Positions 63,387 through 64,000 of a stretch of DNA of 64,000 nucleotides are shown here, piece after piece. Under the pieces are notes generated by a model. The model ran no database searches. It saw only the letters and a program-made list of their open reading frames with translations, and was not told where the DNA came from. The stretch comes from Oopsacas minuta (Eukaryota; Animalia; Porifera). The position numbers and the translations under genes were made by a program. Positions within the stretch are counted from its first letter, which is position 1; every line of letters starts with the position of its first letter. The DNA is taken from contig JAKMXF010000334.1 of the NCBI GenBank assembly GCA_024704765.1, positions 1-64,000 of the forward strand, in the 5' to 3' direction.

Positions 63387-64000
63387 TATATTTATTTTCA
63401 ATTTATTTATTTACTTGTTTGTTGTTTTGTTTATTTTCTCAGTTGCTATTTATATTAACTCAAATGTTAAATTCGCTTAGAATGTATTTTCTTTCCAGAT
63501 TCACTATTAAGAGTTAAGTTCCTTAATTAATTACCAGAATTCCATTACTTTCAATATTATCATAACCCTAATAGAAAGTGCTTAATACTGTACTCAGAAT
63601 TGTTGGATAGATTTAGACACGTGATACGTGAGCCTCTCTTCCATAAAAATACTTTCAATAATCTATGAATACAAATTCACAGCTTTCACGACATTTAACT
63701 TCTAAGCATATCTTTTGTTTATTTTGAGATCTTACACGATTGATCGGGGATTTTGTATTAATTCACATTTATTATGATAAATTCTAATTTTTGAGGATTA
63801 TTTCTTTGGAATTTTTGTTTGATTTAACCAACTTTGTGATTTGTATACAGGACATGATACATGTCTGATGATATACCGGTAGTATGCAATCTAGCATTTT
63901 CTATTCGAAATGTATTTCCCTACAAACAACTGGGTAATGTACAAGTATGCATTTGAAGATACTTCACGAAGAACTGAAAATATTATTGTCAAATGGTTCA

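Larger units (their letters stand above)
60695..63573. repeat. Large near-perfect inverted repeat: arms 60695-61616 and 62652-63573 (922 bp each)
   Basis: Paired coordinates sum to 124268 at both ends, so there is no net indel. I noticed one mismatch, at 61391 (ORF track RCMFMY vs RCVFMY). Confidence 0.95.

Noticed and set aside
63700-64000. Next VPS53 exon
   Set aside because: Candidate acceptors give immediate stops in the required phase 0, so the exon was not located in this window.

Overview
AT-rich, gene-dense eukaryotic (animal) DNA with short GT-AG introns. The supplied ORF track uses bacterial-style starts and ignores splicing, so I rebuilt the gene models by eye. The compact genes, many intronless genes, repeated coiled-coil+NHL genes and abundant tiny MITEs suggest a sponge, probably a glass sponge such as Oopsacas (inference, not proven). 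Genes in order: NHL gene, PSMB2, a divergent mitochondrial EF-Tu, a SIPA1L-like RapGAP with a 44-Asn tract, CNOT2, an STKLD1-like pseudokinase, MICU1, SHARPIN-like, a 61-aa microprotein, PFDN4, a FADD-like DED+DD adaptor, MEIG1, a second NHL gene, NUP54, a Slo2/KCNT channel and the 5' part of VPS53. VPS53 (8 exons, 46846-60060, incomplete) is not visible in the ORF track. Its 8.3-kb intron 1 hosts RFWD3, an NHL pseudogene and three tandem zf-3CxxC/death-fold-like genes. The intron after exon 8 appears to host a near-perfect 922-bp-arm palindrome carrying two identical Maf-like bZIP ORFs. At least four dispersed MITE families are present. No rRNA, tRNA or CRISPR array is supportable.
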